Shown: one piece after another, positions 1 through 11,104 of the stretch
Numbering within the stretch: position 1 is the stretch's first letter
Layout of the letters: each line of letters opens with the position of its first letter
Origin: Octopus sinensis
Taxonomy: Eukaryota
Assembly: GCF_006345805.1 (NCBI RefSeq)
Contig: NC_043004.1
Location: forward strand, 53,072,001-53,136,000
DNA length: 64,000 bases
Direction: 5' to 3'
The notes under the pieces: generated by a model
Databases searched by the model: none
Seen by the model: the letters and a program-made list of their open reading frames with translations, nothing else
Told to the model about the DNA's origin: nothing
Translations under genes and position numbers: made by a program

Positions 1-215
1 CAGAGAAAATGGGATAAATGAAATCTAGAAGGGGGCACTAATTCTATTAGATTCTACAAAATTTCGATGAATATTTGTGGATGTATCCACAAATATTCAT
101 ATGTGGATTTATCTGCATTGAATTGGACTTCAGCTCTTATTTCTTCAAGAAGAAACAGCTGGACGATGGAAATCTACCTGCTAAAGATTTCCATGAAGAA
201 TATATAGTGGTAAGA

Positions 216-796
216 AAAGCGGGAACTTGGCAGAAATGTTAGCACGACGGGCGAATTGCTTAAGCGGTATTTCGTCTGTCCTTACGTTCTGAGTTCAAAT
301 TCCGCCGAGATCGACTTTGCCTTTCATCCTTTCAGGGTCGATAAATTAAGTACTAGTTACGCACTGGGGTCGATGTAACCGACTTAATCCGTTTGTCTGT
401 CCTTGTCTGTCCCCTTTATGTTTAGCCCCTTGTAGGTAGTAAAGAAACAGATATTTCGTCTGTCTTTACGTTCTGATTTCAAATTTCGCCGAGGTCGACT
501 TTGCCTTTCAGCCTTTCGTGGTCCATAAATTAAGTACCAGTTGCGTACTAGGGCCGATCTAATCGACTGGCCTCCTCCCCGCAAAAATCGGGCCTTGTGA
601 CTAGTGTAGAAGGGAAACGTTAGCACGCCGGTATTTTGTCTATCTTTACGTTCTGAGTTCAAATTCGCCGAGGTCGACTCTGCCTTTCATCTTTCGGTAT
701 CGATAAATTAAATACCAGATGCGTACTGAGGTCGATCTAATCGACTGGCTCTCTCCCCCAAATTTTCGGGCATTGTGCCTAGCGTAGAAAAGAATA
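216..796 (+). mobile_element. tRNA-derived SINE: dimeric copy (216-612) followed by a head-truncated monomer (613-796)
   Basis: Head GCGGGAACTTGGCAGAAATGTTAGCACG. The body unit TATTTCGTCTGTC..TTCAAATTCCGCCGAGGTCGACTTTGCCTTTCATCC..AAGTACCAG occurs three times (about 268, 452, 632). The same family is at 33539-33935 and 61303-61705. From memory the core resembles the Meta SINE domain. Confidence 0.85.
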
Positions 797-799
797 TAT

Positions 800-1010
800 A
801 GTGGTTAAAGTGTTGCACTAGGTTTCGGGTTTAATTACTTTGCGTACCATCTTGCGTAACAATCTTCCGTTTCAGCTCCGAGCCGATCAATACATCATGA
901 GTGAATGTGGTGGATAGAAACTGTGTGGAAACCCGTCGCAAATATATGTGTATATGAGTGTGTGTTTGTGTTTATCCTTTCCCACATGGTAACCACTCGG
1001 TATATGGTTC
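800..1010 (+). mobile_element. degenerate tRNA-derived SINE
   Basis: A-box-like TAGTGGTTAAAG and GAAACCCGTCG followed by (TA/TG)n, matching the layout of the intact copy at 24944-25362. Confidence 0.5.
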
Positions 1011-1569
1011 GACAGAATATTTATCAAACTTTACGAATAAATAGTGTCGTCTGTTTTCCCTCTTAATACCTTCGGGCTTGTGCTCCTATATGATCGCTGT
1101 CCAATGACTAACACAAGTAAAATATATGTAACTGCCTCTCCTATCGATGTCAAAGTGTGAGCATCCACTTGTTCGATTAACTGTACGACCTAATCACTCA
1201 ATATGGCTGAATATTCCACAGATATGTACACATTCTAGTAAATTCTCTTGTAGAATCGATGTAAAACGTTGTGGCACCGGTGGACACTAAAATTATTGAT
1301 TCAGCTTAACTGAGAAGTTTATACATGTATTTCCTCAAAACAAGACCACTGAAACAGTTTGTGTAGCCCGGGAGAATTGAAAAGGCATCAACCGAGTTAA
1401 GGTATCCATTGGGATCACATGATGGGTTTGATGGATGGAAAGATTCTTAAACACATTGATTCATCATACTGCATCCAAATATACAGACATATTACACACA
1501 CTTGTACACACAGGCACATGAACTCTCATACATATATATGCACTCACACACACGTTTGCTCTCTCTCTC

Positions 1570-1612
<43 letters not shown>

Positions 1613-1854
1613 TACGGAAGTGTACTTGCATAGCAAGTGACCTGATCTGAGATCGTGTGCCGGAACGAAAACAAATAAAGCGTGGAAGGTTTTATAAGCC
1701 ATTTAAGAAATACAGAAAAACCGTTAGTTTCACTTCAACATTTAAAATAAATTTGCCAAAATATTTTCGTGGCTTTCAGACAGCGACCTGTTCATTGACA
1801 AAATTCCGTGCTGCATCTCAAATATACATATATATATATATATATATATTTACT

Positions 1855-2044
1855 TCAACTTGTTTCGGACTTTGGGATCACTGACTTGAAGAACTTTTAG
1901 TCGAATGAAGCGACCCCAGTCCTTATGTTATCGGGCGTTTTCTCTAGGCCAGGTAAGTTACGGGATCGCAAACACCCCAGTACCGGTTGTCAGGAGGAGG
2001 TAGGTCACAAGCACACATACACAAAGATACGCACGTATATACAC

Positions 2045-2123
<79 letters not shown>

Positions 2124-2242
2124 GGATTTAGTCGGCACGAGGTATAGTAGAAAATACTCCGCAAGTTGTCACGCAGTGGGACTGAACCCGTAAACATGTG
2201 GTTGGGAAGCGTGCTTTTTATTGTACAGCAACGGTTGTGCCT
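1855..2242 (-). mobile_element. tRNA-derived SINE with expanded internal (CA)n/(TA)n
   Basis: The reverse strand matches 24944-25362 (CACGCAGTGGGACTGAACCCG on the + strand, tail CTTGTTTC). Confidence 0.75.
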
Positions 2243-2532
2243 TATTTGTATATATATGAATTTACATACAGATATATACATAAATATGCTGTAAATATAT
2301 TTGTGTATATACTCCGATAAAGGAAGAAAAGAGAAAGGAAGAAAAGTAGAAACACACATATACATACATATGTATATACACACACACACACACTCTCTCT
2401 CTCTCTCACACACACATATATCTAGCATGTTTCACCTCTGTTAGCTATTAACCCATTGTCATGTATTCCAGTCCATTGTAATGGAACAAAACAGACGTTA
2501 CAGGAACAATGTGCAGGTTTCCCGTTCTTCGT

Positions 2533-2640
2533 TCAACGCATTCTTCGCCATGTAATATCATCGACCGCATCATTGCGATCAACATCTTTAACAATGACGA
2601 GAGCTAGAAGAACAAAAACAAAGGCAATAATAGTATTCAT
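2533..2640 (-). CDS. candidate 35-aa small ORF with signal-peptide-like N-terminus (MNTIIAFVFVLLALVIVKDVDRNDAVDDITWRRMR)
   Basis: Translated by hand. ATG has A at -3, a hydrophobic run of about 14 aa follows, and a possible acceptor TTTTCAAACAACAG lies about 18 nt upstream. No homology recognised. Confidence 0.2.
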   Translation of the reverse strand: MNTIIAFVFVLLALVIVKDVDRNDAVDDITWRRMR

Positions 2641-3124
2641 GATAAGTATAACAATAAACTGTTGTTTGAAAACGAGCTAAACCTAATTGAATTATGTCGG
2701 TATTAAAAACCTGCCTATTTATTTGATAACCGTATAAGTTGACGATAAAAGGAAGTTGTTGGCGATAAGAAAATTCAGCAAAATTCTAAGATGCCGTTCG
2801 ATTTGTTAACAATGATGGAGACTTCATAGAGTTAATAATAGACTTATAGCTTTTATAGACCACTACACTATTGTTGAAACATAAACTAATTCGGTTAATC
2901 ATATGGTTTAATCAATGTACCGTCTTACGTCATTTGGCAAATTCTTTCTCGTGTTATTGGAAGTAAGATCAGTAACTACAATTTTTGCGTTCATGTTTTA
3001 GTATTATAGAGTATGTATGAAACTAGAATAAATGTGCATTCACGCATTCACACTTAGAGGTACACCATTTCGTTGACACGCTCAAATATTTATACATATA
3101 CATATCATTTTCTGTATCTATATG

Positions 3125-3244
3125 TGTGTGTAGAGAGAGAGAGGTAGAGAGAGAGAAAGAGATTTGGAAACATAGAGAGAGAGAATGTGATAGATCTATA
3201 TATATACAATTATCCTTGAGGTATATGTACATATATATGTATAA

Positions 3245-3299
<55 letters not shown>

Positions 3300-3490
3300 T
3301 ATTTATGTATATATATATATATTTATGTATACATATATATATATATGTGTGTGTGTGCGTGTGTGCTTGTATATATATGTGTGTGTGTACGTACGTATGC
3401 ATGTATATATGTATACATACATACATACATACATACATACATACATACATACATACATACATACATACATACATACATACATACATACAG
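3125..3490. repeat. compound microsatellite (GA)n-(TA)n-(TG)n-(TACA)n
   Basis: Directly visible. Confidence 0.95.
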
Positions 3491-3506
3491 AGAGACAGAC
3501 AGGAAA

Positions 3507-4029
3507 ATAATATTTCGAGCGCAGTATAGCCGGGAAAACAGCAGAAATATTGTATATTCTACCCTTAATTTGCTGGAGATTGTTGTCAGCGGATTATATT
3601 TTAATGGTAGAGTAGTGAGCCGACACCAGTGGGGTGCGGGCTCGTGTTCCATGGCAGTCTGCTGAAAACTTTTTCCGTTTTATAAGGGTAAAATACACAA
3701 TCTTTCTGATGTTTTAGCGAAATACTATACCCGAAATACTACTTTCTTTTCTGTATAATACGAAACACACTCGTCTATTCCAAAACCAACAACAAAAACA
3801 GGTTTGTTTACATATGTTGTCGCATTCCAAAAAAGCTATGATCCTTGGCATTTAATTTGACGGAGATTGCAGTCAGTGGGCTGTTTAGCTTAATAGTAAA
3901 GTACTCAGCCGGCATCTCTGGGGTTGCATGTACGAGTCCTGTGGTTGTTTGGTCACAACTTTTCTGTCCTATAAGGATAAAATCCGCAAATGTTCTGTTG
4001 TTTTCATGGCTATACTGCGTTCGTATATT
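3507..4029. mobile_element. MITE-like element with ~45-bp imperfect terminal inverted repeats and an internal ~160-bp direct duplication
   Basis: Left end TAATATTTCGAGCGCAGTATAGCCGGGAAAACAGCAGAAATATT vs reverse complement of right end TAATATACGAACGCAGTATAGCCATGAAAACAACAGAACATTT. Internal blocks at about 3564-3720 and 3848-4010 align (TTAATTTG..GGAGATTG..GTCAG..TATAAGG.TAAAAT). Confidence 0.65.
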
Positions 4030-4291
4030 ACGAAATACATTCGGCGCTTTCAAAGAAAAAATGTTTGTTTATATATACAGGTATATGTGAGTGTGTATTT
4101 GTGTGCGTGTATGTGTGTGTGGGGGTGTGTATGTGTGTGTGACAAACAATATGGAGCTCTCCCGTATGCATTGAGTTTAATAATTTGTTTACTTTTAAAC
4201 GCGCACCCTAACCACTAAAAATACAAGCATGCATTCACACACAGTGAAACAAAACCGCACGCACGCACACACACATACACACACACACACA

Positions 4292-4334
<43 letters not shown>

Positions 4335-4396
4335 CTGCTAAAACTTTTTTATTTTCTCTCTTAGCTTATTTCTGTCGGGGTTTTCTGTTGAATAGA

Positions 4397-4499
4397 GTAG
4401 GCTCGAAACGTAAAAGACTTTTTTCACTTCCCGAGCGTTAAACTAATATATTAGTTTATCGCTCGGGAAGTGAGAAAGTCTTTTACGTTTTGATCCTAC
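4397..4499. repeat. ~51-bp-arm palindrome with no spacer (PLE-pLTR-like sequence)
   Basis: GTAGGCTCGAAACGTAAAAGACTTTTTTCACTTCCCGAGCGTTAAACTAATA | TATTAGTTTATCGCTCGGGAAGTGAGAAAGTCTTTTACGTTTTGATCCTAC, centre at 4448/4449. Confidence 0.9.
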
Positions 4500-4508
4500 G
4501 CTTAGATA

Positions 4509-4591
4509 TTTAAATTCTTTGTTTTCAAATGTAACTTAACCAAAGAAAGAGCCAGACTACCCACACTCACATACACACGCCCACATATCTA

Positions 4592-4658
<67 letters not shown>

Positions 4659-4706
4659 GTCTGTCTGTCTGTCTGTCTATTTATCTATCTATCTATCTAT
4701 CTATCA

Positions 4707-4764
<58 letters not shown>

Positions 4765-6022
4765 ATATCTATCTATCTATACATATCTATTTATATATGT
4801 TGAAGAGCGTAGGCTGGAAACGTAAAACAACTTTTTCACTTACCGGGAGTTAAACTAGTGTATTAGTTTGATGCTCGGGAAGTGAGCATGTCTCGGGAAG
4901 TGAGCATGTCTAATAATAATAATAATAATAATAATCATTGTGTACAGTGCTCAGGTGCACTACAACTCATCTAAAGTGTATATATAATCAGGTGTAGTTT
5001 CGGCGGATTTCGGAAAGCATGAGGGCTTAAAGGATGCAGTGTCATGGCAGTCAACAACTGAAGCAGGCAGTTTATTCCATGCTTCAGCAACTCTGAGCGT
5101 GAAAAAATGTTTCCGAAAGTCATGGGAGCTGTGTTGTTTTCTGACTTTGTAGGCATGTCCACGTGTGTTAGACACATGGAGATCAAAAAGGTGTTCAGTG
5201 TTGTTGTTGGTGAGGTGGTTGATAACTTTGCGGGTGTTTACCAAGTCCGTCGCCAGACGCCGGAGCTTCCGTGAATCCATGCCCAGGGAAACAAGGCGCT
5301 CAGAATATGGTAGGTGTCTGATGGAGGGTATGCGTTTGGTTGCATGTCTCTGGACAGATTCCAGGAGGTCAATGTTCTGAGCAAGATAGGGGTTCCAAAC
5401 TGATGATGCGAATTCCAAGTGTGGTCGTACCATAGCTGTATACAGTTTTAAATAGATGGCTGGAGAGCGGCTAACAAAAGTCTTGCTGAGTGATGCCAAG
5501 ACACCCTCGGGCTTCTTGACAATTTTAGAGATATGCTTTGTCCAACGCAAATCACTGCTGACAGTGATACCTAGGTCACGCTCGCAAGAGGATTTCTTGA
5601 TATCAATGTTGTGGAGGGAGTATGTGGACGCAGGGTTTTTTCTCCCAAAATGCATGGTGGTACACTTGTCCACAGCCAGTTTCAGTTGCCAGTCTGTGAT
5701 CCATTGCTGCATTGTGTCTAAGTCTGATTGCAGGAAAGAGTTGTAGACATCAAGATCTGTCCTCTTGATTTCAAGGTACAGCTTGATGTCGTCTGCATAT
5801 TTCAATACTGTGGCATTCTTTAAATTGGCATCTATGTCATTAATGTATGCCACAAACAAGAGGGGACCAAGGACAGATCCCTGTGGTACACCCGATGACA
5901 TCTCATATGGTGTAGAGTGCTGTCCTAGAACTGTGACTACCTCCTTTCGGCTGAGGATGAAGGATTTCAACCAGTTAAAAAGGTCATCCCTCACACCCAT
6001 TGCAGAGAGTTATATAGAGATG

Positions 6023-6099
<77 letters not shown>

Positions 6100-6188
6100 G
6101 TATGTGGGCGTGTGTCTGTGAGTGTATGCACTTTGGGTAGTCTGTATCTTTCTTTGGTTAATTTACACTAGAAAACAAAGAATTTAAA
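4509..6188. repeat. inverted repeat arms (about 4509-4790 and 6010-6188) enclosing a LINE fragment
   Basis: TTTAAATTCTTTGTTTTC..TTAACCAAAGAAAGA..CAGACTACCC..CACACGCCCACATA followed by (TATC)n on the left; its reverse complement with (GATA)n on the right. Confidence 0.85.
4912..6005 (-). mobile_element. 5'-truncated CR1/L2-group LINE (reverse transcriptase C-terminal part, ORF 4960-6000) with (ATT)n tail
   Basis: ORF contains SGVPQGSVLGPLLF, YADD, LYTAMVRPHLEFASSVWNP and the C-terminal RGHAYKV..FFTLRVAEAWNKLP motif. Tail at about 4912-4935. Confidence 0.92.
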
Positions 6189-6710
6189 AATTTTATGTAG
6201 AACGTGTATACTTCATAAGTATCAGAAAAGTCCCGGATCGTCACCATAAATCAAACGTTGCAGATTATTCAAGCAAATAAAATAAATTAAGTAGAAGAAT
6301 AATGTACAAGCAAACATATTCATAAACACATTTGAAGATTGGCCAGCGCAATTTTATTGAAAGCAGAAACATCGTGCAAAAATGTCTCGGACTTCCATAT
6401 ATATTCTTTACATACAACTTTTACTATTTTCGTCAATTCTACTGCAAATCAGTCAAGATCCACCTCTGTTCGATAATTCCAATTGATAAAAGATAAAGAG
6501 CTAGAAACTCCACGTTTATGCATACGGCAGCGGGTGATAGAGAGCAAATAGGATGTTTGTACACATTTTACCTCAATGATAATTGCAGTGAATTTGCCTT
6601 TAGAAGTTAAAATGCATCAGAAATATATTTTAACAAACCTAAAATTCGTTTATACCTAGACACTGCATTGCACTGATACTGTTGGATATATATACACACA
6701 TACATACGCA

Positions 6711-6760
<50 letters not shown>

Positions 6761-6771
6761 ATATATATATA

Positions 6772-6819
<48 letters not shown>

Positions 6820-6914
6820 AAATATCCAGCAGTATCAGTGACGGTGGGGGACAAACACATACACACGCGCGCATGTATATGTATATATATATATATATAT
6901 TTTTATTTATACAT

Positions 6915-7022
6915 ATTAAATATTCAAACATAATTATAATCTATGATATGTAATAGTAACAGGTTATTAATATATGCAATATATGATGACATGACGTGTC
7001 GTAGTGGACCTGGATAAATATT

Positions 7023-7025
<3 letters not shown>
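6915..7025. repeat. 111-bp local duplication, copy 1
   Basis: Aligns without gaps to 8272-8382 with 8 substitutions. Confidence 0.95.
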
Positions 7026-7110
<85 letters not shown>

Positions 7111-7684
7111 AGTGTATGTATGTATATATTATGTTTATTCATGTATATAACGCTATCATTTTAGTTTGATAATAACATTTTAGTTGCAATTATGTTCGTG
7201 CCCGTCTTAATGAGTGTAAGTATTTTCTGCAAAGACAAGTTTAATTATAGTGGTTGAAAATAGGATGTACCTCTGGTTTTGCATAAACTATCAGATTCTA
7301 CCATATAGGAGAGAAAAATGAAGTAACAAAAGAAACAAATATTTTATACTCAATTTGATGACCAAATAAATTTTACAACATAAAATATTGACAGGAAACA
7401 TTTGGGTTATTATCTTTAGTGTTTATGTATTAGATTATGAAATAAACTAAAATAGAATTATTAAGAAAGGTTGTTAATTAATTGAGGGATTTAGTATCAT
7501 TTTTTAAAATGGTTTATTGGTCGAATCGGAATAAAAACCTGGTGGTATTTTTTTATGTATGTAAATTCTGATTTCACATCCTATCTGTGTCAACAGTGCC
7601 ATTCTTCCTTTTTGTTTCAATAAATTATAGGATCAGGTATGTACTGGGATCAGGTTATATCCCTTCTTTGAAACTTCGGTGCAT

Positions 7685-8025
7685 CTTTTATCTTTTACTT
7701 GTTTCAGTCATTAGCCTGCGGCGATGCTGGAGTAATATCTAGGACTTATGTTTTAAAACCTGGCACTTATTCTCTTGGTCTCCTTTGCCGAACCGCCTAG
7801 TTGAGGGTACATAAGCACATCAGCACACACACACACACACAAACTTACATATACACATGCGCACACGATAGCCTATTTCCAGTTCCCGTCTATCAAATCT
7901 ACTCACAAGGCTTTGGTCGGCCAACGACAATAGTAGAGGATTTTTGCCGAAAGTGCCACGCAGTGGGACTGAACGCTAAATCATGTGGTTGTGAATCGAG
8001 CTTCTTACCACACTGCCATGACGGG
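7685..8025 (-). mobile_element. tRNA-derived SINE
   Basis: TTTTACTTGTTTCAGTCA tail and GCCACGCAGTGGGACTGAAC on the + strand; same family as 24944-25362. Confidence 0.8.
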
Positions 8026-8271
8026 TGCATTATTTTGAAACAATATTAGGATTGCTATTTTTGTGTAAGGTGATATATGTTTCAATAGATTTGTGATGAA
8101 TATGGTATTTGATGAAAGCTGTTAAGATTTGATGCGAGTATTTAATGAAAAGCAATGTTGAGAATCTGATTAAGGACACTTATAGAAAATTTTAATGAAT
8201 GCTCTGATATTTACCAAATTATAATCAGATATTGATTGTTTGGGAATCTGAATTATTTATAATTCAGATAA

Positions 8272-8382
8272 ATTAAATATTCAAAAATAATTATAATCTA
8301 TGATTTGTAATAGTAACAGGTTATTAATATGTGTAATATGTGATGACATGGTGTGTCGTAGTGGACCTGGATAAATATAGCA
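8272..8382. repeat. 111-bp local duplication, copy 2
   Basis: See 6915-7025. Confidence 0.95.
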
Positions 8383-8890
8383 CTTACATTGATGCTTATT
8401 TGTAAAATGGGATTTCCCATCAGTATAATGAAATGCTTATGAATGCCTATGGAAGGAATGAAGCAAGCCTGATATAATTGTAAAGGTAGATTAATTATAA
8501 CTTTCTGCTCTCAGCATATAACATAACATGTAAGATAGTATTCCTCAGTTAGGGATTATAATTGGCAATTCGTGGAAATGAGGCATATCGAAAAGTGTTT
8601 GGGATTTAATAATGTTGTCCAAGTTTACACATTTTCTAAAATTGAATCAAGTGGGACGTGCCCTGTAGATCAATATTAAATTACAAAATGATGAGCAATG
8701 AGGAAGAAGGGATAAAATGGATTAGTGTTAATATGTGTACAGAATACAGTTGTTATCAATTTAATGCGCAAGTAATAATACATTATATTGATAAGTTATC
8801 AAGGAACGCATTATTACAGTGGAGTTATATTATATTTAATATATTATCAATAAGGTGCAAGAGTGGCTGTGTGATAAGTAGCTCGCTTAC

Positions 8891-10880
8891 TGCTACCAAG
8901 TTGTTGCGTTGTTTTTCGTCGCGTTGGAAATCACGTCGTACTTGAAAAATTGAACATTTGAAGCACGACTACAAGTAAAGCATTTGTGTTTTTGAGGAAG
9001 GGTACTTAGTAGGGTCTGCTGTTTGTATTTAAGTATGTTTTCGAACAGGGTTTTCCACTGGGTTCCAGGCATTTGTTTGCCAGTGGTCGTGCAAGAAGAC
9101 TCACTGTGTTGTGAGAATCGTGTTTATGTTTGGAATTTTCTATGACTGTGTTTGTGTCCTTTCAAGTACATTTTTACCATAGAGGATAGGAGTACGGCCA
9201 GAGTTGGACGGAATTCTATTTGTGCTGCGAAGGACTACCAGTTTGGATTACCAGAGTAGCAGAATTGTGTTGTGTTGCCATTTTGGATTATCATCCTTCG
9301 TTCTTTCTTCTCCTGTCTGACTTACTGATGTTTTTTTAGTTTCTTTATAGACTTTCATTCCAACATTTTGATTTTTGTTTGTGGATTTTTATTTTTGTTT
9401 TGGCTATCAACATGGCAACTGTGAAATCCGCTTTGGAGTGGCAAATTGCGGCTCCGCAAAATTGGTTGAAAAATTATACGGAGAGAACAGTGGTGTTAAG
9501 GACCTATTCCAAGGTCCTTGACACAATCAACCTCTTCTCTGAGGAAGAAATTGAGTAGTAGGCAGACTATCTGCCAACTGTTAGGTTTATCGGCAGAGGT
9601 GCGAAGTATGGAAATGTGTGTGTACTTTTTGACACCCCTGCGGAAGCTCGTGATTTAGCGAGCATGCATTTGGAGGGGGAGAAAGTTTTGTTTCTCCCTA
9701 CTTATGGCGGTAGAATGTTGACAAGAGCCTGGGTGTGTGGGCTGCCACCCGGTACAGAGGTCGAGTGGATAGAAGACACTATCTGTCGGAACCTGGGTGG
9801 CGGCCCTACCAGGCTCTTAAATGTAAAGATGTTGCCTGCGATTGATTGGATCGGGTCAAAAGCAATTTTGACCCTATGGACACAATAAGCCGATGATCTG
9901 GATTTACCAGACATTTTAGCAATGGCCGGATCCAGGTACCCGGTGATGGTTGAGGGAGCCCCCCCCTCACAAGTGCCACCTGTGCCTGGAATCGGGTCAT
10001 ATAAAGAAGAACTGTCGCCGGGACCAGGCAAAAGTCTTTGAACAGTTAATTGAAAAGGTGCCTCCTGCTCACCCAATGGTGGAAAATTTCGAGAAGGAGG
10101 TAACTTCCTCGAAAACAAAGGAGAAGAAAAGAAAGAAGGTGGACAATAATGGTTGCCCACTGACGGTGGTGAGGGAGAGTCCTCCGGAGATGTCGGAGGA
10201 ACTCCACCCTCCCGTCGTAAAAAGAAAAAAGAAAAGAAAAAAGAATAACGGTGCATTGCCGGCGACGGCATGACTCGAAACCCATTCGGTGGGATGTGTG
10301 CCACCGGAGGGGAGGGGAGAAAAGATAACTTCGTCAGTAGGATGTGTGCCACCGAGCAAGGGAGTTGAGGATCCTCCCACTGGAAGTGGTGAAGAATATA
10401 CGTTCTGTCTCAGGGGAGGAGCTATTGACAGTTTCGTGGAGAATAATATGGATAGTCGGGTTATAGGGGACTCGACTTGTATTGACAGCCCAGAGTGGTC
10501 TCCGCACGTGGCTGCTCTGGTGCTGGAAAGAAAGTATTGTGATCTCATAATTGACTCGTGTAAAAACAAGAATTATAAATTTTTTGTTCAGTCGATTGCG
10601 GATGCAGGATTGCCTGCAAGTTGCAAGAAAATTACTCGGGGAAGGCCTGTAGAGGTTTATCGCCTCCAATTTGTGTATAAATTGTGTATGGACTTTTTAC
10701 ACCAAATATATGAGTTTTTAAAGAACAATGTTTTAGAGAAGCAGAAGATCGGCGGTCGCTTTCTGTCTTCTCCCATCCTTATCATTTTTGTATCATAATC
10801 ATTCGCCTAGTCAATGTCTGCGTCCAGCCCACAAAGCTACCTTATGTATGTGCTGCCTACATGGCATATTTAATGAATAA
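8891..10880 (+). mobile_element. 1,990-bp non-autonomous retroelement encoding only a gag/ORF1-like protein
   Basis: Flanked by a 15-bp duplication AAGTAGCT(C/T)GCTTAC (8876-8890, 10881-10895), ends in AATAA(A), and contains no RT or endonuclease sequence. Confidence 0.75.
9412..10798 (+). pseudogene. disrupted LINE ORF1/gag-like protein (~460 codons) with CCHC zinc knuckle
   Basis: ATG at 9412 (MATVKSALEWQ..). Stops at 9556-9561, 9886 and 10271, and a +1 frameshift in the C run near 9960. Contains CHLCLESGHIKKNC (CX2CX4HX4C), RRM-like RAWVCGLPPG upstream, and Lys-rich and acidic segments downstream. Confidence 0.75.
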
Positions 10881-11003
10881 AAGTAGCTTGCTTACCAAAC
10901 ACATAATTCCGGGTTCAGTCCCATCTCACTACATGGCACCTTGGCCAAAGTGGATTTGGTAGACGGAAACTAAAAGAAGCCCGTCGTATATACACATATA
11001 TAT

Positions 11004-11079
<76 letters not shown>

Positions 11080-11104
11080 TATTTAAAAGCAGCAGAAATT
11101 CAAC

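Noticed and set aside
216-796. Regularly spaced repeats as a CRISPR-like array
   Set aside because: Units are ~180-bp SINE bodies with no unique spacers, no cas genes, and a eukaryotic context.
6205-6400. Mariner-like MITE ends
   Set aside because: The putative inverted ends match too poorly to support.
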